Below are positions 26,806-39,019 of a stretch of 64,000 nucleotides of DNA, in pieces (the first letter of the stretch is position 1; the number at the start of each line of letters is the position of its first letter). The stretch is from Octopus sinensis. Taxonomy: Eukaryota. Under the pieces are notes generated by a model. The model did no database searches. It had not been told where the DNA came from and saw nothing but the letters and a program-made list of their open reading frames with translations. The stretch spans positions 99,820,001 to 99,884,000 of the forward strand of contig NC_043004.1 of NCBI RefSeq assembly GCF_006345805.1, in the 5' to 3' direction. The translations under genes were made by a program, and so were the position numbers.

Positions 26806-26997
26806 TATATGTTATGAAGTTTTCCCTTGCAGACACTCTAAAAGAACGTATTTCGTGTACACCGTGTAGCTAAGGAGAAAAGTCAATCGGCTTCATACAA
26901 ATGCATAAACTCTACTGCATGTATTGTGCACCCATTTCACTTTTCATTTTCGGTTACATTGACACGCGTGAATGTGTGTGTACACATGTATATATAT

Positions 26998-27042
<45 letters not shown>

Positions 27043-27462
27043 TGTGTGTTTGAATGTATTCATCTTCTGGCTTTTCCTACTTTACACATGGATATGTCGG
27101 AATAATTACACACACACATACACATACACACGTACACATACACACGAGCCCGCATAAATAAGGCTATAAATAAATGTATGAATGCAAAGAGAGAAAGTGA
27201 GAATTTTGTAGAAATGGCACAATAATTGTTCAATGCGTTTCTCTTTGTTGACATTACATGAAGAATAATAATGATATAATCACTATAAATTACTTGACAA
27301 AAATAATGATTCGTACGGATAATGGTAATAACAATAACAGTGGTGGTTCCAAGTAACAACAAAAACGAGAAAGTCTATAGCATTCAGGAGGAAAATTTCA
27401 GAACTGCCATAGATAATATTAAAAGACAAAAACATAAAAATACATACGCATATGCATACACA

Positions 27463-27558
<96 letters not shown>

Positions 27559-28278
27559 CACGTATATATATATATTATATTTACATAGATATTTATATAA
27601 TAATGTATATATATATATATTATATATAAAGTATATATATATATTTATATTTACAACAATATTATATTATATATATATTATATATATATATACACATATA
27701 TATGCATAGACACAAAGACAAATATACATGTATGTATGTATGCATATGCATATGCAATTATGCCACGATATATAACGCTCATTGCATTAAGTAGAAATTT
27801 ACAATAACTTGGCAAAGCAGAACCAATCTTTGAAAAGGAAAGTAAAATGAAAAGGAAGAAATGGAAAACAAAACAAGCAGAGAAAGTAAAGAGAAACAAA
27901 AAATAATAAAGAACAAGAACTCATATCGATATTTCTAACAGGCAAAATGGAGGTAATGCGAAATTGATGTTCATATTAATGATATGTTGCATGAGAAAAT
28001 AAAATTAACTTAGATCTTAGAGCGACAATTAGTCTACTGTTTGCCTTATTTCATTAATAGGGACTGTAGCCATACCTGCAAAACTTTGTGTTAGGACGCA
28101 GAAGACAAATAAGCAGTTAGTTCGGAAAAGTCGACATAAATTTTCAGCCAAATGAACATTGAAGATAAAATACAAGAAACGTAATTACTTCATTTGCATA
28201 CAAATGTATAAGACAGAGCAATGAATAGATATATACACGCAAACACACAGACACACACAAATATACATGTATGTATAC

Positions 28279-28320
<42 letters not shown>

Positions 28321-28432
28321 TGTGGGTGTGTGTGTGTGTGTGTGTATGTATATATATATATATACGCACATATATATATATACTATATATGTACTTATGT
28401 ACATATATGTATGTACGTATGTATACACACAC

Positions 28433-28485
<53 letters not shown>

Positions 28486-29093
28486 CATACGCGTTCAGCA
28501 ATCGATATATGCCTGTGTTGCCTCTGCGAATGTATGTAGATGTGTGTTTTTGTATTTATTTCCACATATTGTTTCAGAATGAGTCAGTGAAATATATTGA
28601 CATATCTAAATACTGAAAGTTATATGTCTGTCTGTGTGTATTTGTGTGTGTGTGTGTGTATTTGTTTGTGTATATGTGCATGCACGCATATTTGGGTGTG
28701 GATATCTATTATTATATATATGAAACGAACCGAAATAACTTTAATTTGAAAGTTCATTCATTGGTCCAGAGATTTGGATTATAAGCAAGTCTTCTTTTGA
28801 GCTCTCTCTGTCACTTTCTCTCTCCCTATCTCCTTCTCTCTCACTCTCTCCTCTCGCACTCTCTCTCTTCCCTCATCTGTACATTCGCGTAAATACATAG
28901 ATACATACATACATTCATACATACATATATATATGTGTGTAGTGTGTGTGTGTGTGTAGGCCTGTATATATATGCAATTATATATACTTTTTGTATGTGT
29001 CTATATGTATGTATATGCCTATGTATATATATGTGTATGTGTGTGTGAGTGTGTGTGTGTGTGTTTGTGTGTGTTTGTGTGTATGTGTGTGCG

Positions 29094-29697
29094 TGTACTG
29101 CTCCCACTATTGTCACCACACAATATAAAATTAATGGCGGAACTCGAAGCAATCCAACGAAGCTACACAAAGAAAATCGTTTCAATGCAACATATCAGCT
29201 GCTGGGAAAAACGGGAAAAAAAAAATCAAAATTCTGCTTCTGCTTCCCAGAATGAAGGCGGGCAAGATATGCAGTGATATACGTCTGGAAAATCCTAGAA
29301 GACCTTGTACAAAGCATTGGCATTGAAATTTACACAAATACCAGAACAGTGCGCCACTGCATAATGCCAAAGATCTCTTCATTTCAATCAAAATATAGGA
29401 CCTGATCCTGCAGCAACAGCTTGGGTTTCTAGGGCCCACAGTTCTTCAATATGCTTCTAAAATTACTGAGGGACCTGCACAGTGTGGATGTACGTATCTT
29501 CAAAAACAAAACTGGATCGCCTCATGTCAAGAGTTCCAGATGAGTCTACCTCACAGCAGGAAACACAGATGAGAGCAGCGGCATGAAACTCCCTCATTGA
29601 CCAAATGCTGCACATCAGAGGAGGTTTCAGTTAATAGTATAGCAAAGTCAATAGTGGTGCCCCAGCATGACCGCAGCTTTAAAGCTGAAACACTTTG
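29094..29697 (+). mobile_element. 5'-truncated CR1-type LINE 3' end (degenerate)
   Basis: YCS..SPHNIKLMAELEAIQRSYTKKI..RYAVIYVWKILEDLV..GIEIYTN.RT.RHCIMPK..PDE..RAAA..SLIDQ in broken frames; the tail ends GGTGCCCCAGCATGACCGCAGC..GCTGAAAC. Confidence 0.88.
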
Positions 29698-29719
29698 AAG
29701 ATTAATAATTAAAGAACAA

Positions 29720-29769
<50 letters not shown>

Positions 29770-29771
<2 letters not shown>

Positions 29772-29979
29772 TATATATATGCCATGATAGATCGTTAGTT
29801 ACTACACGCATTTTTGTTTCTCTCCTTGTTTCTCTCCTTGCTTTTCTTCTGTGTATCTTTCTGTGGAAGAGCGTAGGCTCGAAACGTAAAAGACTTTTTC
29901 TATTCCTGAGCGCTATACTAATACATTTGTTTGTTTGTACACCACCTGCCTTCGTCTTTTGTTTATTTTCGTAAACTTT

Positions 29980-29985
<6 letters not shown>
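29770..29985 (+). mobile_element. PLE-terminal-like repeat carrying a minimal hammerhead relic
   Basis: TCTTT CTGTGGA A GAGC GTAG GCTC GAAA CG TA AAAGA at 29856-29893; a related family copy lies at ~48560-48770. Confidence 0.6.
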
Positions 29986-30021
<36 letters not shown>

Positions 30022-30023
<2 letters not shown>

Positions 30024-30177
30024 CGTGAGAAGATGGTGAGATTATTTACATTATTTACATTCGACGGATATTTGCCCTCATCTTGTTTGTTGTTGACACA
30101 AGGTTTCGGCTGATATACCCTCCAGCTTTCTTCAGGTGTCTTGGGGAAATTTCGAACCTGGTTTCTCATTTCTTCGA

Positions 30178-30180
<3 letters not shown>
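30022..30180 (-). mobile_element. second PLE-terminal-like repeat carrying a minimal hammerhead relic
   Basis: Minus strand GACAC CTGAAGA A AGCTG GAGGGTATAT CAGCC GAAA CC TT GTGTC at 30095-30140. Confidence 0.6.
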
Positions 30181-30210
<30 letters not shown>

Positions 30211-30250
30211 ATATTGTTACTTACATACATACATATATACATACATACAC

Positions 30251-30305
<55 letters not shown>

Positions 30306-30891
30306 GTCACTGATGTAGCAAAGATTGGACGACGTAAAAACACATGCTGGTAATTATGTTTAATGCTATGATTCATAAATTATTTCTGCCGTTGACATAA
30401 GCCCATACATATTTATAGGGTGTAGGGGTGACGATGACTGAATGAACTTCGGTGCATTAAAGTGCATATAACCTTAAAACAGTCTAGTTATAGTAGAAGA
30501 CTTCTAATAAAAATAAAATACAACTCTTATCGATACAAAGTCAATAATTGATACATTTAACTTTGATTTGATTTATTCATTAAAATTATGTTTCAAATTA
30601 ATAATTATTGCTTTTTGAAAAAGAGATGTGTTAGATTAGAGAGATGTATTTGTGGCAAGGAGTGATGCTGGATGTAACAGTGGTAGGACTGATGTGGTGG
30701 TAGCGGTGCTAATGGCGATGATAACCTTGGCGAAAATTTGAACTTATTTTTAGTGACACTCGTAAGTTGGCCATGGATGATGAGTATCTGTCCGAAATGC
30801 ATATACACATACATGTATATTAATGCATGTATGTATGTAGACATACGTATGTCTCTCTCCTCTTCCTTCCTGTCTAGAAATATATATATAT

Positions 30892-31161
30892 ATCACCGTG
30901 ACCGACCAGGCTATCAGATGTTGCTACACATCGCTGGTCATAATGCGCTTCGCATTATTTTAGCCTTCAAATGACGCCACCCCGCTGGCTAAGCGAGCAG
31001 GCCAACAGAAGAAACTGTGAGAGAAAGTGGCGAAAGAGTACAGCAGAGATCGCCACCACCCCCTGCCGGAGCTTCGTGGAGCTTCGGGTGTTTTCGCTCA
31101 ATAAACACTCACAACACCCGGTCTGAGAATCGAAACCGCGAACGACTGGGTCATTGCGCCT

Positions 31162-31164
<3 letters not shown>
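30892..31164 (-). mobile_element. tRNA-derived SINE, family 3 (body A plus tail T2)
   Basis: GGAGGCGCAATG head with an internal deletion, B-box GTTTCGATTC, body GCTCCACGAAGCTCCGGCAGGGGGTGGTGGCG shared with the 61440 copy, different 3' tail. Confidence 0.85.
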
Positions 31165-31210
<46 letters not shown>

Positions 31211-31252
31211 TGTCTTATGTATGTATGTATCTTTTATCTTTTATATTTTACG

Positions 31253-32440
31253 GGTTTCAGCCAGAGACTGAGGCCATGCTGGTCCACCGTCTTTACTGCA
31301 CCCGGAGATTCTTCCAGTATTGCTTCTGATGAAGTAACGAGTTGGACTTTGCCGCTCTTCTTTGTGCTTCCTGCCTCGATGTGGGTTCATCCGGTATTGT
31401 AGATAAAAGAAAAACTATCTAGACGTTTTTTGAAAGCTTCCATGTCTAGACCTCTCAGATCCCCGATGTTCTGTGTTACGGCATTAAAATTTTGTGGTGT
31501 CTTGAATCCCAAGATATTACAATATTGGATTCGTATCTTCGATGGAGAAGATAGGACTTTTGGTACTGTGCAGTGCCGTCCAGCTCAGGGAATGTAGTAG
31601 ATTTCGATTCCGAAATTAGGAGCTAGATCCTCCATTATTTTCCATATGTATAGCACTGCATATCTCTCACATCTCTCCAGGGTGTAGAGTCCCAGTTCCT
31701 TTAACGTCTCCTAATAGCCCATGTGTTTTACTGAGTCTATATTATTTGTGTAGTGGCGTTGGATTGCCTCTAGGTCCGCAATTACTTTTATACTCTGTGG
31801 TTTTAAGCACAGTTAAGCACGACAGGGGACAAAGGTTCTCTAACACAGACATGCGTCTGTGTTAGAGAACCTTTGTCCTCTGTTGTCGATCCTGAAGGAT
31901 CTAAGAATCCAACCTGCCACCCGCCTGCATAGTGTTGCCACCTAAACAATATGCACATGGAAAGTTGCATCATTGTTCAAGTGGATTCCCAGATTGCGCA
32001 CCGACTAAATCTGGGATTACATTGCCTGCTGGTCCCGTGTACTTAAGTTGTAGTTGGTCTGTGGGCTGATAGTAGAGTGCTTGAAATTATGCGGCATTCA
32101 GCTGCATATTATTCTCATCTGCCCACTTATATATTGCGTTCCGCTCATTCTGCAGTCTTAGGATATCAGTAGGATTCGTGACCACCTGAGACACTTTTGT
32201 GTCGTTAAAGTAGCTAGAGAATGTGGCTGACTCTATGGCTGAGGACATGTCCGAGAGGACAACCACAAACAGTAGTGGTCCCAGTACTGTTCCCTGGAGG
32301 ACTCCACTGAGGATTGGTAACACTTCAGAGAGAGAACCATTTTCTGTGACAGCCTGAACTTCTGCTCTTGAGGAAAACATGCAGCTAGTCACCCAGTGAA
32401 ACAGCGATACCAAGGTCACGCACTCTGTGGCATATCCCGT
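31253..32440 (-). mobile_element. 5'-truncated CR1-type LINE (RT C-terminal half to 3' end), degenerate
   Basis: SGVLQGTVLGPLLF and YFND (decayed YADD) in ORF 32087-32524; downstream IADLEAIQRHYT..LKELGLYTLER..RYAVLYIWKIMEDLAPNFGI..PDEPTSRQEAQRRAAKSNSL; same family and tail as the 29094 copy. Confidence 0.92.
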
Positions 32441-32447
32441 GTATGTA

Positions 32448-32496
<49 letters not shown>

Positions 32497-32807
32497 TATA
32501 TATATATGTATGTAATTTCAACAATGAGGGTAAAATTAATTAATTATTAATCAATTTCACCAAGTATTCAGTATGCAAAGGGACCATTTAAGGCGAATTC
32601 AAATTATACATTATATAAAAGGGCTTAGTAAAATAATTACTTTGCCACATACTGAACTCATTAGAAATAGTAGCTAAAAAAACTTTTTTAAAACTTTTTA
32701 AAAACTATTTCTAATACTTAAAGAAAATCTCTCATATAGTGTTTGCTCAATTCAACTCACGAAAGTATGGGGGTAAAGACATTAAAAAATCAAATGCAAA
32801 GGTTATT

Positions 32808-32859
32808 TGAGAACGTACGTTTCTAGATTAGTCAACTCGACATTTCTTTCGTCAGCTCA
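32808..32859 (-). ncRNA. minimal type-I hammerhead ribozyme motif (copy 1)
   Basis: UGAG CUGACGA A AGAAAUGUC GAGUU GACUAAUCU A GAAA CGUACG UU CUCA: intact core, 4-bp stem I, palindromic stem III, imperfect stem II. Confidence 0.6.
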
Positions 32860-33365
32860 GAACTCCTTGGTTTGGATTTGAAAACACTGAAAGTGGGAGC
32901 ATACCCTTTCGGCTTCTTATCGCTTCTGAAGATCTGCTCGAACTATCAGTGCCAGCAAACTCAAAATATGCAAGCGAAGAATTTCTGCTCTCCCCTTTCC
33001 ACCAGCGTGGGTTAAAATCAGTAAACACTATGCTTTTTCGGTAAAATCCGAAGCATTAAATAGAGAGAGATGAATTATAATTTCAACAATTGAGGGTAAA
33101 ATTAATTAATTATTAATCAATTTCACCAAGTATTCAGTATGCAAAGGGACCATTTAAGGCGAATTCAAATTATTACATTATATAAAAGGGCTTAGTAAAA
33201 TAAATTACTTTGCCACATACTGAACTCATTAGAAATAGTAGCTAAAAAAACTTTTTTAAAACTATTTCTAATACTTAAAGAAAATCTCTCTCATATAGTG
33301 TTTGCTCAATCAACTCACGAAAGTATGGGGGTAAAGACATTAAAAAATCAAATGCAAAGGTTATT

Positions 33366-33417
33366 TGAGAACGTACGTTTCTAGATTAGTCAACTCGACA
33401 TTTCTTTCGTCAGCTCA
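33366..33417 (-). ncRNA. minimal type-I hammerhead ribozyme motif (copy 2)
   Basis: Identical to copy 1. Confidence 0.6.
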
Positions 33418-33921
33418 GAACTCCTTGGTTTGGATTTGAAAACACTGAAAGTGGGAGCATACCCTTTCGGCTTCTTATCGCTTCTGAAGATCTGCTCGAA
33501 CTATCAGTGCCAGCAAACTCAAAATATGCAAGCGAAGAATTTCTGCTCTCCCCTTTCCACCAGCGTGGGTTAAAATCAGTAAACACTATGCTTTTTAGGT
33601 AAAATCCGAAGCATTAAATAGAGAGAGATGAATTATAATTTCAACAATTGAGGGTAAAATAATTAATTATTAATCAATTTCACCAAGTATTCAGTATGCA
33701 AAGGGACCATTTAAGGCGAATTCAAATTATTACATTATATAAAAGGGCTTAGTAAAATAAATTACTTTGCCACATACTGAACTCATTAGAAATAGTAGCT
33801 AAAAAAACTTTTTTAAAACTATTTCTAATACTTAAGAAAATCTCTCTCATATAGTGTTTGCTCAATTCAACTCACGAAAGTATGGGGGTAAAGACATTAA
33901 AAAATCAAATGCAAGGTTATT

Positions 33922-33973
33922 TGAGAACGTACGTTTCTAGATTAGTCAACTCGACATTTCTTTCGTCAGCTCA
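33922..33973 (-). ncRNA. minimal type-I hammerhead ribozyme motif (copy 3)
   Basis: Identical to copy 1. Confidence 0.6.
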
Positions 33974-34207
33974 GAACTCCTTGGTTTGGATTTGAAAACA
34001 CTGAAAGTGGGAGCATACCCTTTCGGCTTCTTATCGCTTCTGAAGATCTGCTCGAACTATCAGTGCCAGCAAACTCAAAATATGCAAGCGAAGTATTAGA
34101 AATAGTTTTAAAAAAGTTTTTTTTAGGTACTATTTCTAATGAGTTCAGTATGTGGCAAAGTAATTTATTTTACTAAGCCCTTTTATATAATGTAATAATT
34201 TGAATAT

Positions 34208-34266
<59 letters not shown>

Positions 34267-34538
34267 CGTATTATGTTAAAACACAATATATTCCAGAGTC
34301 AAGCGATACAAATTCACCCAGGAAGTGATCACAAAATAGATGCGCAACTCACTGTTAATGCCGCTTCCGAATCGTCCATAATGATGCACATATGTAAAGT
34401 ATATCACATACTTAAAACATGCATATATTTATAAATAGTGTTCTCCTACGAACATGAGATGAAAACTTATGATAGTATAAAATTATTACATTATCACTAA
34501 CTACTTATGATTAGCATAAACGATACTAATCTATTATA

Positions 34539-34584
<46 letters not shown>

Positions 34585-35199
34585 AATAAGAAAATGGAGG
34601 AACTAATTCAGCAGTATATTGGATAACTGATATTCCATAGTGGGTTACCTTCATAACCCCTATCTTACTTTGTACTATATATATATATATACACACACAC
34701 ATATATATATATATATATATCTATATATTTATATCCAACATAAATTTTCTGAGCATTTTCCTCCTATTTTTACATTTCAGCACAGGAAATTTGTTTCTTG
34801 AACATTTTCACAGCTATGCATACTTACATAATTACTTACATTTACATTTACTTTTTCCTTGGAAAGAAGGCAGGGACTCCGAAAATTGACTGTTAAGTCC
34901 TAAGTATCCAAAACAAAGTCTACGGGACATATTAGAATTTTTGTATATGTTTACTGCAGCTTCGGTTGTAGTCTACATTTACGGCAAGTTTCTAATATTA
35001 TTGATATCACAAGAATCTCGCACCAGAGAAGAAAATACTGCTGTTCAAACTATTATTTTTTCAAACGTACACAGACACGACAGAAATAAACAGACATCCC
35101 ATAAAACATCGTTTTATGTTTATTCTAACTTGTAATAGCTCATATTTCTTTCTTGATTGATATTTTTATGTTTCGGTTCTATATGTGACTGTCTGATTA

Positions 35200-36242
35200 T
35201 GCCATGTACTAAAGAAGCCTTAGAACTGTCTGAATTTCAAAGAGGCCGTATTGTGGGTGATTCTGAAGATGGACACAGCGTAAAATCGCAGAAAACCTTG
35301 GGATCCCACTTTCTGTGATTGTCTGGGGAGCAATTTGGAGCAATGGTTGATCAGATCTGGTGGATTGTGAGGGAAACATAAACTCAGATAAATATGAGTC
35401 CATACTACAGAATGGACTCCCTCCAATCTACTCCAGTAGTGAAATGTATTCTCTAGAAAAACAACGACGCTATGGTGATCTCATTCTTGCTCACAACATC
35501 ATAAGCGGAAAGTGTAACCTCTCGAAAGAGCTGTTCTTCACTCCTGCTCCAGAGCGTCGGCTGCGGGGTCACTCCGAAAAGCTCTATCTGCGACGATTCC
35601 ATCTCAATCGAAGGAGAGGGGCTTTCTCCGTCCGGGTTGCGGATCCGTGGAATAAGCTGCCGGACGAAATAGTGAAGATGCCGACGACCGCTCGGTTCAA
35701 AGTTTCCCTTGACCACAAGTGGCCTGAACTCTTTACATGAACACCACCATGTACATAACTCCATGTCCCCCTACATGGCCTTGCTTTTTGCTTTTTGAGC
35801 CAAAAAATTAACTAACTAACTAACTGACTCTTTATTTATGGAAGATAGGGCTCCTTGTCACATGGCTAAAATGACCCAAGATTTATTCAATGAGAATAGC
35901 ATTAAAAAGCTTCAATGACCTAGCCAGTTACCAGATATGAACCCTATAGAACTACTCTGTGATATAATGGACAGGGCACTTGATAAAAAGAACAAGAAAG
36001 CATCTTCAAAGCCAGATCTTTTGCAACTATTGCATGAAACTTGGCAAGAAATTGCACAAGAGAATATTTGTCATTTGATTAGTAACATGCCTAATAGGGT
36101 CCTTGCATTGAATAATGTAAAGGGTATGTCTACTAAATATTAAATTTTCCCACTATAACAATTAATAAGTAACTTGAAGGTATAATTTTAGATTTAAATA
36201 AATTTTAATCATTATAAGGGTGTCTATTTACTTCTGTGTATA
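35200..36242 (+). mobile_element. Tc1-like transposase remnant, internally deleted and interrupted by a CR1 insertion
   Basis: MPCTKEALELSEFQRGRIVG (start ~35200); SVIVWGAIWSNG..DCEGNINSDKYESILQNGL; after the insert, LFMEDRAPCHMAK..PSQLPDMNPIELLCDIMDR..MPNRVLAL..KGMSTKY* (Tc1 D...E region). Confidence 0.88.
35443..35825 (+). mobile_element. 5'-truncated CR1-type LINE (second family) with (TAAC)n tail
   Basis: YSLEKQRRYGDLILAHNIISG..RRLRGHSEKL..RRGAFSVRVADPWNKLPDEIV..FKVSLD*, short UTR, AACTAACTAACTAACT tail. Confidence 0.92.
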
Positions 36243-37200
36243 TGTGTTCAATTTATTTTTCCTCTACCAGCAAGTTGTTTTTATTTGCTCATCGAGTCAC
36301 ACAGTGTAGATCTTATTGGAGCTCTGCGCATTTCCAAAGACCTTTCGTGTTTTCTTAGGAACTTAGGGTCGTCTGCAAGCATTTTAATTATGCTGTTTGA
36401 TGAAATGTACATTGTCAGATATAAACAAAAATGAACAGAAATACGATGAATACAGAATCTTGAGAAACACTCTTAAGCAATTTTGGCGGATTTGATAAAA
36501 AGTTTGTAGATCACAACGTGGATTCTTATCGGTCGTAAACATTTAATACAGTGCAGTAGCTTTCCAAAGACTCCAATGCAGGATAAATTCATCAGCAGAA
36601 AATTATGGCTAACCCTGTCATCTACGTTGCATCACATATTTCACAAACTTTCTATAACAAGTGACTGTCATAATATATCCGTCAGCAATGTTGTCTATGT
36701 TGTAGAAATTCATGTTAAGACTGCTAGTCTGTCAGTCACTGTCACCTTCTATCACTCTCTCTTTACATGTGTGTGTGGTTCATTGTGTGTATGTATGTAT
36801 GTATATATGTATTTATGTATGTATTATCATTGAGTATCTGTAAGCAGATTTCTCTACATTGTAGCACTTCACTCGGTGTTTCTCACTGACATAATATATC
36901 TAAGTACACAGTTATTCACGATGAAAACCTTTTCCTTTTGCGGCTGCAGGTTTTCCTGCTATAGTGTATTTAATAGTAGAGTTATCTGTACTGTAACACT
37001 TCACTAGTAGTCTGTTTGTCTTTCCGTCTATGTGCACATTTTAGTCATGACGTATCTATTTGTATACTTCTCTTCATTGCCTTATACATAATACAGTACA
37101 CACGTGCACATTCACGCTTAACTCTCTCTCCCTCTGTTTCACTGTCATTACACTGTTGCTTCAGATACTCTTTCTCTATCCATCTCTGTACGCACACACA

Positions 37201-37266
<66 letters not shown>

Positions 37267-37361
37267 ATATATATAATATATATATAAAATATTATTAGAG
37301 ACAAAACCACTATTTTGCAAAACAAACAAGGAAAGACTTAATCAATACATAAAATTTTAAT

Positions 37362-37400
<39 letters not shown>

Positions 37401-38099
37401 GGGCAAAAAAGTCGAGGGGTGCGTGCGTTATATAGATAGTATTTTCAGGATTAAATAGACAACAAACGGAAAATGTGACCTGCCTATATATAATTTTAAA
37501 AAAACATGCAGTAAATAAACGAACGAACATATGCTAAATGCACAGGCGGGCAGAAAACATAGATTACCAACTCTTCATCAGTTATCGGCCAGAGGAGACA
37601 AACGCAATTTTTGTATTGTCTTCCAGCCCCAAGGCTTTAGGTTGTATATGTATTATCATTATTAATTGTTGTCTACGTGTGGCCCTAGGCCTTTATACTG
37701 TTTAGTATCTTGTCCTTCATTCGCAGAATTGTCGGATTAAGACAGTGGGGTGTTTTGAGGGAGATCTGGCTGCCATTCCTACCAGGTCTAGCTACCATGT
37801 AGAGGTCTGAACTGAATTTTCGTTCACATATTTGCATAACACACACACACACACATCCATTTCATATATCTTATTTCAATTTTTGCACTCTGCAAATAAA
37901 ATTTTTACGGATACAGCTGCTTACAAAATTAGGGATTAATGTATAAATTCTTTCTATGTTCATAATTAAATCAATGTTTTAATGATTAGACTGAGGTTCA
38001 ATAGAACAGCTCTCAGAAATAGACTACGTACAAATTCGTTCTTCAAAACTCCTGAAGCTGTTTTCTGACAAGGAGGGTGGGTGGAATCAGGACATTTAC

Positions 38100-38237
38100 A
38101 TACAGAAGGAGGCTCCAATCGAAACAGAGGACCCGAAACTATAAGGTTGAGGAACGCCGTTATAGATTATGTCTAACCGAAAATGATCACAGCCACATCA
38201 TCCAAACAGACCGGGTGAAACCGGGCTTAGCTGCTAG
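38100..38237 (+). mobile_element. probable Helitron 3' terminus
   Basis: CCGGGTGAAACCGG short hairpin followed by CTGCTAG|T at 38234-38238; 5' end not located. Confidence 0.5.
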
Positions 38238-38309
<72 letters not shown>

Positions 38310-38365
38310 ATATATATATATAATATATATATATATTATATATGTATATATATATTATATATATA

Positions 38366-38434
<69 letters not shown>

Positions 38435-38968
38435 ATGTATTTGTACCGGAGTGAGGCGTTACTCATTAGTGCCCTCGATATAATTATATTTATATAATTA
38501 TATATTTTGTGTTTATATATCTATATATATATGTGTGTGTGTGCGTGTGTATGTGTGTGTGTGTGTGTGTCTGTCTGTCTGTCTGTCTGTTTCAATGTAT
38601 GTATATATGTACGTATATTTCGATACACAACTCTCTTTTCCGTTTTCACTAAGCTCCTAAATTACCACATGAACACACGTAACACATCCTAGCATTGTTT
38701 CTTTCGTTGCCTTTTTTATTCGCTTTCTCTCTCTCTTTCTCTCTCCCTCTTTCCCTCTCCCTCTTCCTCTCTCTTTCTTACTTCCACATCTCCTGCTTGA
38801 GGGAACGTAATATTGTATCGGCCATTAATATCTAACTGTCTTTAGTGAGATAAACTCAGATTTTCACCCATTTTTGCACACATCATATTGCACATATGCG
38901 TACACTAACACACACATTACATTAAACACAACTACATAAACCCTCATACATCTGTACATACATATATG

Positions 38969-39019
<51 letters not shown>

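Larger units (their letters stand above)
32514..34205 (-). mobile_element. tandem ~560-bp non-coding repeat (2.8 copies) plus 115-bp inverted tail; retrozyme / PLE-pLTR-like
   Basis: Units start at 32514, 33079 and 33637 (third truncated at ~34093); 34091-34205 is the reverse complement of 33720-33833; (TA)n on both flanks. Confidence 0.9.

Noticed and set aside
32944-32965. Plus-strand CTGAAGATCTGCTCGAAC region near here as a second ribozyme in the tandem unit
   Set aside because: No stem II pairing, and GAAC instead of GAAA.
32514-34093. CRISPR-like or tandem gene array interpretation
   Set aside because: Units are ~560 bp, near-identical, with no unique spacers and no ORF; eukaryotic context.
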